Positions 27,965 to 39,905 of a DNA stretch of 64,000 bases are shown piece by piece. The stretch comes from Octopus bimaculoides (lineage: Eukaryota). The DNA lies in the NCBI RefSeq assembly GCF_001194135.2, contig NC_069000.1, positions 2,036,666-2,100,665 on the forward strand, in the 5' to 3' direction. The notes under the pieces are model-generated. The model saw nothing but the letters and a program-made list of their open reading frames with translations, made no database searches and had not been told where the DNA came from. The first letter of the stretch is position 1; the number at the start of each line of letters is the position of its first letter. Both the position numbers and the translations under genes were made by a program.

Positions 27965-28059
27965 CAAAACTGGGAATTTGCACCAAAACTGGGAATTTGC
28001 ACCAAAACTGGGAATTTGCACCAAAACTGGGAATTTGCACCAAAACTGGGAATTTGCAC
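27965..28059. repeat. Perfect minisatellite, 5 x 19 bp (caaaactgggaatttgcac)
   Basis: Five identical contiguous units at 27965, 27984, 28003, 28022 and 28041, with no spacers. Confidence 0.95.
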
Positions 28060-29346
28060 TGGTTTGTTGGTATCAGAAGGGTTGTTATTGAGAGACTTTT
28101 GACAACGAAAGAAGACTATTCCAAACATGTGTCTATATTATTAAACATCACCGTGCTCTCAGAAGTTAACTCATAATTAAATATTATGTTCATGCGATTG
28201 ACTACAACAGGAAATTAACCTCAACAATCTATGTAATAATACAACCATGATCGTTCTTCATAGCTGTTGTCCATCGCCACCTCGCTTTTATTCCCGAAAT
28301 CCTAAAATAGAATTTCATGTCATAAAAACATGTTTTCTGTGAAAAACAACAAATAGATATCAGGAAGACATCGGCTACATTAATCTTTTAGTAGCTTGCA
28401 TACAACTGTAGCTGCAATAGCTGCAGATAATAGCTGCACCTTTATTATTTATGATGTAAGTTCGAACAAATTTCTAAATTTAGATAGATGGTGTAAAAGA
28501 AGTCAGAATATTGAATTAAGAGAACAAAAAAACAAAAGAAAAAAACAATCAAACGAGGATACTTTTAGATAAGCTGAGAACGGCTTAGAAATGGTTGTAC
28601 AATAACGTAAACATCACATATTTGTGACACCAAAGTCGTCTATAAAGAGAACAAGAGGCCTGGTTATAGATCAAAATATTTCAGGTGTTACTGCATATAG
28701 TAAGAGAAATGGGAGAGTTTGAAATGGCTGCTATGAACTTCTTATATATCATGACATAAACACGGTTTCAATTCTTTCTTCATCTTTTTTGAATAAATTT
28801 GCAATAACATTGAAGGTAGAATTATTAACAAACTCCTGATTTACACTTCGAAGAGATTTTAAGGAATGCGTATGCTGCAAAGTGAAATATAAGGAATATA
28901 ACGTCGTCTCAGGTACAAGAATTCAACTCCTTCCGAATAAATAATGCTGTAATGTCTAACTTCGGAGAAAATGACATTTATCACTTCTGTCACTTTCTTT
29001 GAATCGATGCAAGTCTTAGATTCAAACAATATTTTCTAATGGTCATCACACACACACGCGCACGCAACACTACCCAACACGATGAACAACGACAGCAGCA
29101 GCGGCGGTGACAACGATGGCAATAACAACAACAAAAACAACAGCAACAACAACAACTACGATGGCAACACCGTGGGTGAACACACAAATACAGTGAGATA
29201 CAGGAACTGTACCAAATTTTCAGATCCTAGGACAGTAGCAGCACAATGGGGTGAGAGGATGGCGCTGAGGGGAAGGCCATACTGCTGCTCAGAACAACGG
29301 CACACACACACAAGCACACACACACACAGACACACACAGACACACA

Positions 29347-29404
<58 letters not shown>

Positions 29405-30402
29405 NNNNNNNNNNNNNNNNNNNNNNNNNNNNNNNNNNNNNNNNNNNNNNNNNNNNNNNNNNNNNNNNNNNNNNNNNNNNNNNNNNNNNNNNNNNNNNNN
29501 NNNNNNNNNNNNNNNNNNNNNNNNNNNNNNNNNNNNNNNNNNNNNNNNNNNNNNNNNNNNNNNNNNNNNNNNNNNNNNNNNNNNNNNNNNNNNNNNNNNN
29601 NNNNNNNNNNNNNNNNNNNNNNNNNNNNNNNNNNNNNNNNNNNNNNNNNNNNNNNNNNNNNNNNNNNNNNNNNNNNNNNNNNNNNNNNNNNNNNNNNNNN
29701 NNNNNNNNNNNNNNNNNNNNNNNNNNNNNNNNNNNNNNNNNNNNNNNNNNNNNNNNNNNNNNNNNNNNNNNNNNNNNNNNNNNNNNNNNNNNNNNNNNNN
29801 NNNNNNNNNNNNNNNNNNNNNNNNNNNNNNNNNNNNNNNNNNNNNNNNNNNNNNNNNNNNNNNNNNNNNNNNNNNNNNNNNNNNNNNNNNNNNNNNNNNN
29901 NNNNNNNNNNNNNNNNNNNNNNNNNNNNNNNNNNNNNNNNNNNNNNNNNNNNNNNNNNNNNNNNNNNNNNNNNNNNNNNNNNNNNNNNNNNNNNNNNNNN
30001 NNNNNNNNNNNNNNNNNNNNNNNNNNNNNNNNNNNNNNNNNNNNNNNNNNNNNNNNNNNNNNNNNNNNNNNNNNNNNNNNNNNNNNNNNNNNNNNNNNNN
30101 NNNNNNNNNNNNNNNNNNNNNNNNNNNNNNNNNNNNNNNNNNNNNNNNNNNNNNNNNNNNNNNNNNNNNNNNATATATATATATATATATATATACATAT
30201 ATATATGTATATGTAATATATGTGTATGTGTAATATATACGTAATAGTATATGTATGTTCATATACGTATATATATTATATATATAATAGTATACGTGTA
30301 AGTCTATATATATATAATAGAATATATATATATTAACACGCGCGCATACACACTTCATATATATATATATATATTTATAAAATAGTATATATGTATGTTG
30401 AT

Positions 30403-30450
<48 letters not shown>

Positions 30451-30769
30451 GTATATATATGTATATACATATACATACATACACGGTCAGAGATACATAT
30501 ATCTAACCACAAGCACACGCACACGCATTTACACAATATATGTGTGTGTGTGTGTGTGTGTAAGTGTGGGTGTGTGTACGTTCTAGGTACAACATTTTAT
30601 TGCCTAAGTAGTACATTACATCATTGTACATGGACATCAGTAAAGTTGTTAAAGTTTTACACTTCAGTAAATTATGTTGGGTTTAGTGAGCGATGTTTCT
30701 TGGCAAGCGGTGAGTGGCTTAATGGCCGCTGTACAGTGCGATGACCGGCAACCATCCAAAATAACTTAC

Positions 30770-30840
30770 TGAGTGTTGTCGACAATATAATCTGGCCACT
30801 TTAATGTGTTTGCGTAACGTGTGTATGGAGACACTCGGTG
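30770..30840 (-). CDS. Candidate 71-nt exon (phase 0 to 2), HRVSPYTRYANTLKWPDYIVDNT
   Basis: Donor gtaagt, acceptor ttatttaattag, GC-richer than flanks, frame open. Confidence 0.25.
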
Positions 30841-31180
30841 CTAATTAAATAAGTCACGCCTGTCTACAACAGTTTATCACATCCTATACACATCAGGAAA
30901 TCTGAGTGTTTTTATTTGGGAATAACATTGCAAAGATTTCATTGTTATTACGTCTGAAGGAAAATGTTTTGAAGATGTCCATCAGTTGTCGGGATATGTC
31001 AGAGTTTTCAACGCTGTCGCTACTGCTGCTGTTTTCGTTGTTGTTGCTGATATTTCCGTTGTTTATCTCCATGTTAGATATGATTGAGCAGATCTAAGAT
31101 CAGAGGGTATCCAAGCGTGACCGTCTAACTTTTATTCCAAAAAAACTTTTATCCGTGTTCATTATCTAATGTATACACCC

Positions 31181-31385
31181 AGGAAGCGAGCTGGCAGAAC
31201 CGTAGCAAACCGGACAGAATGCTGAACGGTATTTCGCCAGACTTTACATTCTGAATTCAAATCCCCAGGATGTCGACTTTATTTTTCATCTTTTCGAGGT
31301 CAATAAAATAAGTAGAAGTTCAGCTGTGGGGTCAATGTACCCCACTCTGCACAAATTCTATGCCTCGTGTCTAAACTAGAATGAA
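31181..31385 (+). mobile_element. Family-B tRNA-headed SINE
   Basis: gcgagctggcagaaccgtagc...attctgaattcaaatccc...gtcgactttatttttcatcttttcgaggtcaataaaataagtag matches 55997-56222. Confidence 0.85.
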
Positions 31386-34300
31386 TTAATTGTCTGCGGC
31401 CGATATAATCGATTAGCCCCGCTCTCGCAAGATTTCAGGCTGCAGCAGAAAGGATGATTTAATGGTTAGTTACTTTTGTATTTAAAATTGCAGTGTGAAA
31501 TTTTGAGAGAGACATAGCTTCTTTATCTAGCAAGACAGCCTAATAAGTAGAGACTTCCACGTAGGAATGTTACTGCTGATGTTGTCATGGTTTGGCTTCT
31601 TGTCGTCCAAATTTCATGTGTATTTAACACATGTTTATGAATAAATTTTTCTCAGAAAAATATAAATCAGCACCATGTCTAAGAGCGGCGTTTTGACGTT
31701 GAGTGTAATACATAGATTGCTATTTTAAACCTATTGTGTCTTTATACATATGACACATGCCAAATTCGGCTGGTGATGACATATAATGCCGAGGAGATAC
31801 AATGAAATAACATTTCAAAATTAAGTCTAATTATTCTAATTGAACGGCATGAAATCGGATAAAATGCTGAGTACAACAATCTATCTCAATTTATATCATG
31901 AGTATCATTTAAAACTGTGAACGTCGGTTTAGAAATGGCCCTTTGACATGTGGCTCGAGTTTCTGACATGTATGGGGCATTTCATAACGGACTCGACTAT
32001 AGTTTAACAAGAGAAAACTGCTTGTCACTTGATGAATAGCCTTCAGTAAACACATGATTTATTGTTATATCGTATTGATACAATACATCAGTAAGACATC
32101 GGCTCCTTAAAGATTTGTCAAATATTTTGTTTAAACGTCAAACCACCATTTTAATTCAAATGAATCGATCCAAAAGTAAAGAAAATGTAAGACCGCAGGT
32201 TAAAAAACTCGTTATTTTCCACAAAAGTTTTCTATTTTCAGTGTGATTGAGTGAATCCTGTAACTTATTGTTAATAAAATGTTTTAAGTACTATCTTGAA
32301 ACTAAAAAGCAAATCAAGAAGCAAAAATAAAAATGTAAAATAAAATTACATTAAAAAATAGAAAAAAAAAACAAACAAATCATACAAACAGAAAAAACAA
32401 CCTGGAATTACATTAATAATCTGATAAGTTTTCTGAAAAGTATTTCACATTAAGAACCTTTTAAGAGAGAAGTTAATGATTAAAAATATAAAAGAAAGAA
32501 AATATGATTTACTAAATTAAATTTGTTTTCTACGCTTTGGGACACACAATCAAGCAAAGATTTTGAGAAACAATTATATGAAATTGTCTACCAAATGCTT
32601 CGAGGTCAGCTTAATTTGAACATTCATTAAATACGAATTAATGTAATGAATTATGAGAAAACATCCAACTTTATGTCGAGTAAAATGTATTGAGAGTTCC
32701 TTTTGTTTTTTGCCTATTGTTTGCAAGTCTCTACTTGTCCAACACTCACTTCATTATTCTTGCTTCGGGTGTCATATGGAAATAACATTCCAGGATTTTG
32801 GGTAGATTAATTTACTTATGAATATATAATGAGATATTCTAATGAACATATTAAAAATACATTCAGCTAGAGTGGAAGTATCATCGAAAGCGGTTTAGAA
32901 GAAAAAGAAAAAAAAACATATTCTTCGTCTTCTCTTCTCACTCTCTGGATTTCTGTTACTTATTGTCTATCAATAAAATTAATGTTCCCGTATATACACT
33001 TCCTCTCTTGTCATATTTATTAAGCTCGTGACTAGCAGGGAAACTATTCATAAATTAAATAGAGTAGTTATTTGACATACAATCACATTCAATCGCATCC
33101 ATACAGTCAAACAAACAAACACACACACACTCACACACATACACTCACACACACATGTATATGTATATGCGTGTGTACGTATATACATATAGTATTTAAC
33201 TCTTTTTTTACTTTTATTTTTACTTTTCTCTTGTCGCAATAATGAGCTTTCAATAATAAAATTATTTAACCAAAACTATAATTCTTATAGAATTCATTGA
33301 ATATTTTTACGAAGCAAAGGTAGTTAAAGTTTTAATACTCTATCGTTGAACAAACAAAGCAGACATTAGGAAATACCTGCAAGTGGAAAGTCCGGGTTAT
33401 CTCATGTGTGGTTCAAATCATTTACGCTACATGAGTCATTATAATTAAAAAGAAGGTAGGAAGCAAGCATGTTCCTGCTGAGCATATGTATGTAATATGT
33501 ATGTGTATATATATACATATATATATATATATATTACGTGTGCGCGTGTGCACATGTGGATCGATAGATTGATATACATATATAAATATACATAGTTATG
33601 TATACACATGCAGATACACACATACATATACATTTATATATATATGCATATACGCACACATACACAAATACACAAATACACACACACATATATACATGCA
33701 CGCGGTCACACATACGCACATATATGTATATTCATATGTATACAAGCTTGCAAAAATTGTATAAATACGAGGGGCATAATTAACACGAGAATGCATATCG
33801 CCTTGTTAATGTACACGATCCTCCTTCAAATCAGCTCAGCTTTGAGGGAAAGAAACGTAAGAAGCATTCTAGTCACAACTACGTGTTTTTTTTTTTATAC
33901 CTAGAACTACATTTTGTTATAAGTCCTTACTCGTTTAATAGTCATCATGGCACCAGTTGGTGAAATTTAGCTGCTGTTTTTAACAATTTAAATTTCTTTT
34001 AGGTTTTACCCTGCGTTATCTCGCAAATATTTACCTCTGCATATTTAGTTTACAGCATAAAAGGTGACAGAATATTTTGTCAGCTGGAAAAAAACTTTGG
34101 AAATGTTTAATGATCTCTAAAAATGACAAAAATTGTGAAAATTGTTTATGATATCCCGGAGTTGTGCTATCAATTAAAACCGATATTTCCACGACGAAAA
34201 TGAAAAAAATTCGTGTTTCACTATGGTCGCTTGAGTTGAGAGAAATAATAGCTGCAGACGAATCTCCTCAAAAACACAGCAGTCTAACCTTTTAACAAAG

Positions 34301-34407
34301 GAAGAAAATATAAAATAATGTATTTGGCGCTGCATAGACGATGGAACTCTATTGTTCATGGAAAGATTAAATAAGACTTGTTCTAGGACCATTACTAAGA
34401 AAAGCAC

Positions 34408-34431
34408 CAGCAGCAGCAACACCACCACCTC

Positions 34432-34472
<41 letters not shown>

Positions 34473-34495
34473 CCACCACCACCACCACCACCACC
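34408..34495. repeat. (CAG)n/(CAC)n compound trinucleotide repeat in a CAC/CAT-rich low-complexity tract
   Basis: Direct reading. Confidence 0.9.
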
Positions 34496-34896
34496 GTTTC
34501 TATCATTACCACCATGATCATCATCACCACAAGAGTATTACTACCAACAACAGTCGCAATTACAATCATGACCACCACATTCAGAAACAAGAGCCACACA
34601 GCTTCTGTCACACTTCCTCAACAACACTAGCACCATTACTCTCACCACCATCACCACCAACAACAACAACATCATTCTGTGAATGAATGCCATTTTAATT
34701 ATGAAACTCAGGATTTCGATCGTTTTATGAAACTTCCAATTTTACATTCTACTGAACCTAAACATGACCACCACATTAATAATTGGACGAGCGAGCCAAT
34801 ATAGTCAAAAATGTTTCGACTTTCTGTTCTTCATTCAGAAAAACAGCAAACCCATTTCTTTGCAAATGCTTGCACGTCACCAAGGCATCATCTTTA

Positions 34897-34962
<66 letters not shown>

Positions 34963-35059
34963 ACAGATGCGCACGCTGACATCAATACAGATACCTTAAA
35001 AGTAACCGTTTCTACTATAGGCACAAGATCTGAAAATTTAGAGGAGAGGGCTAGTAGAT

Positions 35060-35217
35060 TTCAGCTCCCCAGTATGCAACTGGTACTTGTTCTATCGAAT
35101 CTGAAAGGATAAAAGGCAAAGTCAACCCCGGTGGCATTTGAACTCACAACCAAAAGACGGAAGAATTGTCAGTAAGCCTTTTGTCTGGCGACATGGCGAT
35201 TTAGCCAACTCATCGCG
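35060..35217 (-). mobile_element. Family-B SINE, decayed
   Basis: ccccagtatgcaactggtacttgttctatcgaatctgaaaggataaaaggcaaagtcaacccc...atttgaactc is the reverse complement of the family-B body. Confidence 0.8.
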
Positions 35218-35986
35218 TTCAAAGATTAATTAAGAAAACAAACACAAAAACACAAACAAAAAAGAAAACAAAGAACAAATAGTGACAAGAGTGAGTCGTG
35301 GAAATAAGAATAGTTATGTTTATGTGAAAAGATTGGCTTAAATATATAAGAATGATATGTTTAGTCACACATTATTATTCAATACCGGTTATTTCCACAC
35401 CAGAAACACACTTTCGGTACACAATGCAGATTGTTAATACTTTTCTGTTTTTTGACATTTTAATTCTCATTTATAATACTAATACAATTTCGTAGTCTAT
35501 TCTCTGATACCTTAATTCGCATGATATCGCAAAAAATTTCTAATAACATCTGCTAAATTATACACACCGAGTACACGTCGCTTATTAGAGAAATAAATTC
35601 AATTAGTTTTACAAATTTATACAATTATTTAGTAAAAATCTGTTCATTATCGGAACGAAGTAGACACAGTGATGTTAATATAATTAACATAAATCTTTTA
35701 CGAGAAGGAATTTCGTTTCAGACTTTTATAAATTTAACATTTCTTAAATGGAAGCTTTACAATTAAATATGATTCAAGGTGCACCTGAAGAGATTTTAAA
35801 TCAATTTTGAAAAAAAACTTCATTAATTTTTGATTACACAGAATGCTGAAAATTGTAAAAATATTAAATATATTAACGCTGACTTCCCAGTTCATCTACC
35901 TCAGAGTTTATAGAGGCATGATGGTGAGCAAATGAAAATTACGTATTATATCACCTTGATTCATATACCATTATTACGATTAATAT

Positions 35987-35987
<1 letters not shown>

Positions 35988-36050
<63 letters not shown>

Positions 36051-36155
36051 CTTCTTCTTCTTCTTCTTCTTCTTCTTCTTCTTCTTCTTCTTCTTCTTCT
36101 TCTTCTTCTTCTTCTTCTTCTTCTTCTTCTTCTTCTTCTTCTTCTTCTTCTTCTT
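35988..36155. repeat. (TTG)n switching to (TTC)n
   Basis: Direct reading. Confidence 0.95.
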
Positions 36156-36381
36156 GCATGATTAACAATTGAATTTGCTATACACAGTTAAGAATATTGA
36201 CTGCTTCGACACGCAATATGAGTAGAATCAAGGCAGAGTACTAGATATATAATTCATATACAAATGTGAATACTATTGCAATTCAGTCTGCCAGAAATTT
36301 AAACATGTTGTACTCCTTGGCATTCACGCCGGGAGCACCAATACGAACACTTCAGAGTGTTCGGGTGTCAATCTGAGAATA

Positions 36382-36502
36382 GTGCCAGTACCAACTGTGA
36401 TAGAAACCAAACATCCCGTCAACATCCCGTCAAACATCCCGTCAAACATCCCGTCAAACATCCCGTCAACATCATGGTCTTTGGAGTGATCACTAGTCAT
36501 GG
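36382..36502 (+). mobile_element. Internal fragment of a maT/DD37D-like transposase gene with an internal 12-bp tandem amplification
   Basis: Reads VPVPTVIETKHPV...NIMVFGVITSHG, resembling the TKHPxxxMVxGxIxSxG segment of these transposases. The unit aaacatcccgtc is present 5 times at 36409-36467, once as 11 bp. Confidence 0.75.
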
Positions 36503-36699
36503 TATTTGTGTTTGTTTCTATGAGAATCGAACCAATTTGTTTTGTAGGCAAGGCGTTGGGGGGGGGGTAGGTTGACAGTCGTCATTTCCACAGAAGTTGA
36601 ACAAACTTGAGTTTGGGATTGGGTGACCTTGGTGACACAAATGGGAATAATATGATACACAAACAATACAAGGAGAGATTAATGTGCACAACAAAGAGT

Positions 36700-37150
36700 A
36701 ATGGGAAGAGGAGGGAGAGGAGGAGGAAGAAAAGGAGGAGGAGAATAAAATGAAGAAAGGGGAAGAAGAAGGAGGAGTAGAAAGAAGGAAATAATTAGAA
36801 AATGAAGAAGTAAATGAAAAAAGAGAAAGAGACGAGGCAGAAGTGAAAAGAGGAAGGCGCGAATGATAAGATGAAATGATGATGATAACGTAGAAGGAGG
36901 AGAGAGAAGGAGGAAGAGGGGGAGGAGAAAAAGACGAAGTAGAAAGAAGAAGGGAGAAGAAGTAGAAAGAAGGAAATAACTGGGAAATGAAAAAGTATTG
37001 GAATAAGGAAAAGGGGAGGAGGCAGAAGAAGTGAAAAGAGGAAGGGGCGAACGATGAAAAGATGAAGATGAAATGATGATGACAACGAAGAAGGAGGAGA
37101 GGGAGGAGGAGGAGGCGGAGAAGAAGAAGACGAAGAAAAAGAAGAAGCTT
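36700..37150. repeat. Polypurine low-complexity tract containing a diverged ~185-bp tandem duplication
   Basis: gtagaaagaaggaaataa starts at 36777 and 36962. gcagaagtgaaaagaggaagg and gatgaaatgatgatga motifs recur in both units. Confidence 0.8.
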
Positions 37151-37295
37151 TCTTAAAATACAGAGTTTAAATTAACACCGAATGGATATGAGGCAATTTA
37201 TTGATATATCACTTGTTTATAAAATATTATTATTTATATTTTGATACATACACATACACTCATATGTACATATATATATATACATATATATACAC

Positions 37296-37359
<64 letters not shown>

Positions 37360-37709
37360 GTATATATACACATACAGATCTATTCACTGTTAACAAATTT
37401 GTTTACTATTCAAATAATTTTATTGTTTTGCTGCCAATCAAATATACTAAATTGATTTATGTTATCGATTACGTTGCGTGCACCATTATTAATGCACAAT
37501 GCGTTTGTCTATAGACTTTATTCATGAAATCCCATATTGAATTTTATGCGAGTTAGTTAATCATATCTCTATAATTCGTTTCCAATATGTGTTTGTATTT
37601 AATCTATAACATATGTTTTGTGAAACACTATCGTATTAAAATGTAAAATGTTTTGGGTCGACTTTTACCATTATTTTAGCTTTGATATCAATATTGCTTT
37701 GTTCCATTA

Positions 37710-37817
<108 letters not shown>

Positions 37818-38396
37818 ATGGTTTGTTTTAGATTTTATTTTGCGGAAACAATTCAACTATTCATTCAAAAAGTTTGATTTAAAATTTTATATTTAACACA
37901 CACACAACAACGAAGACCAACGGATACACTAACAACAAGAAGAACAAGAACAAGAAGAAGAACAACAACAACAGTAATAATAATCCTAATCTTTCCATTC
38001 TGCTCCTCCACCCACTATTCCAGTTGGATTCTCAAGCATGATAAATTAATACTATGAATATTCTTGAAGTATTTTGTAGGTCTCCTGCCGTACTGTTTCG
38101 CTTAAAGAATCCATCTTGGAATTCTCACCCCTTTCAATGCGGTGATGCAGCGGATCGATGTGTAGTGAATCTCTAACCTCTGAGCTACAAACCGTGTCAA
38201 GTAACGTTACGCCAGCGATCAATCATGGTCTTTCGGTCTTTACTCGAGACTCATGACCACATGAAATGGCATGGACGAAAACCGAAACGAAGTTGTCAGG
38301 TTTCCTCTTTTCATTAAGATCTACACTTCTGAAGAATAGTGTGGCTCTCGTCCTGGATGCCGTAAAAACGATGAAATATTCACTCTATGAGGGGGT

Positions 38397-38535
38397 GCTG
38401 AGAAGTACTGATTTTATCGATCTAGAAAAGATGAAAGTCAAAGTCGATCTCAGCAAAATTTGAACATAGAAGATAAAGACGGTCGAAATACCGCTAAGCC
38501 TTTTGACCTGCCTGCTGACCATTTTCACCAGCACG
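38397..38535 (-). mobile_element. Family-B SINE, decayed
   Basis: agtactgattttatcgatctagaaaagatgaaagtcaaagtcgatctcagcaaaatttgaac...gaaataccgctaagc. Confidence 0.8.
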
Positions 38536-38877
38536 CTGCCTAGCATCTATACCTACATTGATAAGATCAAGAGTCGTCATATGATTAAATTTTTATTAAA
38601 AACAAAAGGAAGAAAATAATTTGAAAACGTTATAGACAAAATAAAAGAAATGTCTATGGAAATTTCTTACCAACACATGTGTCTGTATGTTAACCGGCTT
38701 GTACTTTTTTTTCTTATATTCCAGTACTTTAATGCTGAGCCTATACAGAGTCTTGCCTTGTCTTAAGGACAGATAAGACGCAGTGAACTTATTGATGTAT
38801 GTGTGGGCAAAAAACAACAGCCAAATTATCCGATCTTGTCTTTATATCAATTTGGCGGATGCACAACACATATATAT

Positions 38878-38907
38878 GAGAGAGAGCAAGAGAGAGAGAG
38901 AGAGAGC

Positions 38908-38954
<47 letters not shown>

Positions 38955-38955
38955 T

Positions 38956-38999
<44 letters not shown>

Positions 39000-39009
39000 T
39001 GAGAGAGAG
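38878..39009. repeat. Interrupted (GA)n microsatellite
   Basis: Direct reading. Confidence 0.95.
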
Positions 39010-39624
39010 AAGGGTATTGGTGGATTTCATACTGATTTTGACAATTCGGTTTCACCACAAGTTATTTCTCTTTTATCGATTCTCTTCACTGCATACTCAT
39101 CATTCCATGAAGTTATAATTTCATCACAGAATGTCAAGCATTATATTTCGCATAAGATAGACAATGGCTTTGCATGGAAACCTTAGAAATATCTCTGTTA
39201 GCATTGAATATTATAACCTTCGTATGATATCAGAATTGCAGTGTTAAAGATCGTTAATTCGTATCCTCTCAATCATTGAAGCATGGCGATCTTCAAAGTC
39301 AATGCCATTTAAAAGGCGTTAAGCCAGCTCACCTACCTGTAAATATGTACCATGAGACCCATAAATATATATTTCTTTGAAACACAATAAAATGTTACAT
39401 TCGATCTGCTTTACCTCACGTAACTACTTTATGACTTTAGAGGATCCTGAACTCTCGTCTCCGGGAAACAATTTCCTTTACGTCATCCTCCGAGAAAAAC
39501 TTAAAATGGGGGTATAGACGCTGTTCTATCTTGTTCTCACAAAATACTAATAACAATAATAATTATCTATATTAATTACATTATTTACACTTGACGGATA
39601 TTTGTCCTCATCTTGTTTATTGTT

Positions 39625-39670
39625 AACACAACGTTTCGGCTTATATACCCTCCAGCTTTCATCAGGTGCC
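39625..39670 (-). ncRNA. Minimal type I hammerhead ribozyme motif (core intact, stem II weakened)
   Basis: Minus strand reads GGCAC-CUGAUGA-A-AGCUG-gagggUAUAU-AAGCC-GAA-ACGU-U-GUGUU. Stem I GGCAC/GUGUU gives 5 pairs (2 wobble), stem III is the palindrome ACGU, and the cleavage triplet is GUU. Confidence 0.65.
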
Positions 39671-39859
39671 CACGGGCATATGGCATAATGGTTAAGAGCG
39701 CAACTACTAACCCCAAGATTCCGAGTTCGATTCCAAGTGGTGACTTGAATAAAAATAATGATGATGATGACGAGGATAATAATAATAATAATCATAATAA
39801 TAATAACAACATCGAAAAATTCCTTAGGAATGAGATTCGAGGTTCGAAACTTTTCCAAA

Positions 39860-39905
39860 GACGCCTGATGAAGACTGGAGGGTATATTAGCCAAAGCGTT
39901 TTAAC
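39860..39905 (+). ncRNA. Degenerate second copy of the hammerhead motif (probably inactive)
   Basis: GACGC-CTGATGA-A-GACTG-gagggtatat-TAGCC-AAAGCGTT: CUGAUGA is kept but the GAAA core is mutated. Confidence 0.5.

Noticed and set aside
27965-28059. CRISPR-like regular repeat
   Set aside because: The units are contiguous with no spacers, there are no cas genes, and the context is eukaryotic.
29082-29310. ORF MNNDSSSGGDNDGNNNN...
   Set aside because: It is built on (AAC)/(CAG) low-complexity sequence and runs into (CA)n and a gap, with no recognisable domain.
30669-30710. Plus-strand 42-nt exon-like segment (NYVGFSERCFLAS) with cag/gtgagt sites
   Set aside because: It is isolated, very short and has no partner exons.
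39672-39745. tRNA gene
   Set aside because: A and B boxes are present, but the acceptor and anticodon stems do not pair into a cloverleaf. It is a SINE head.
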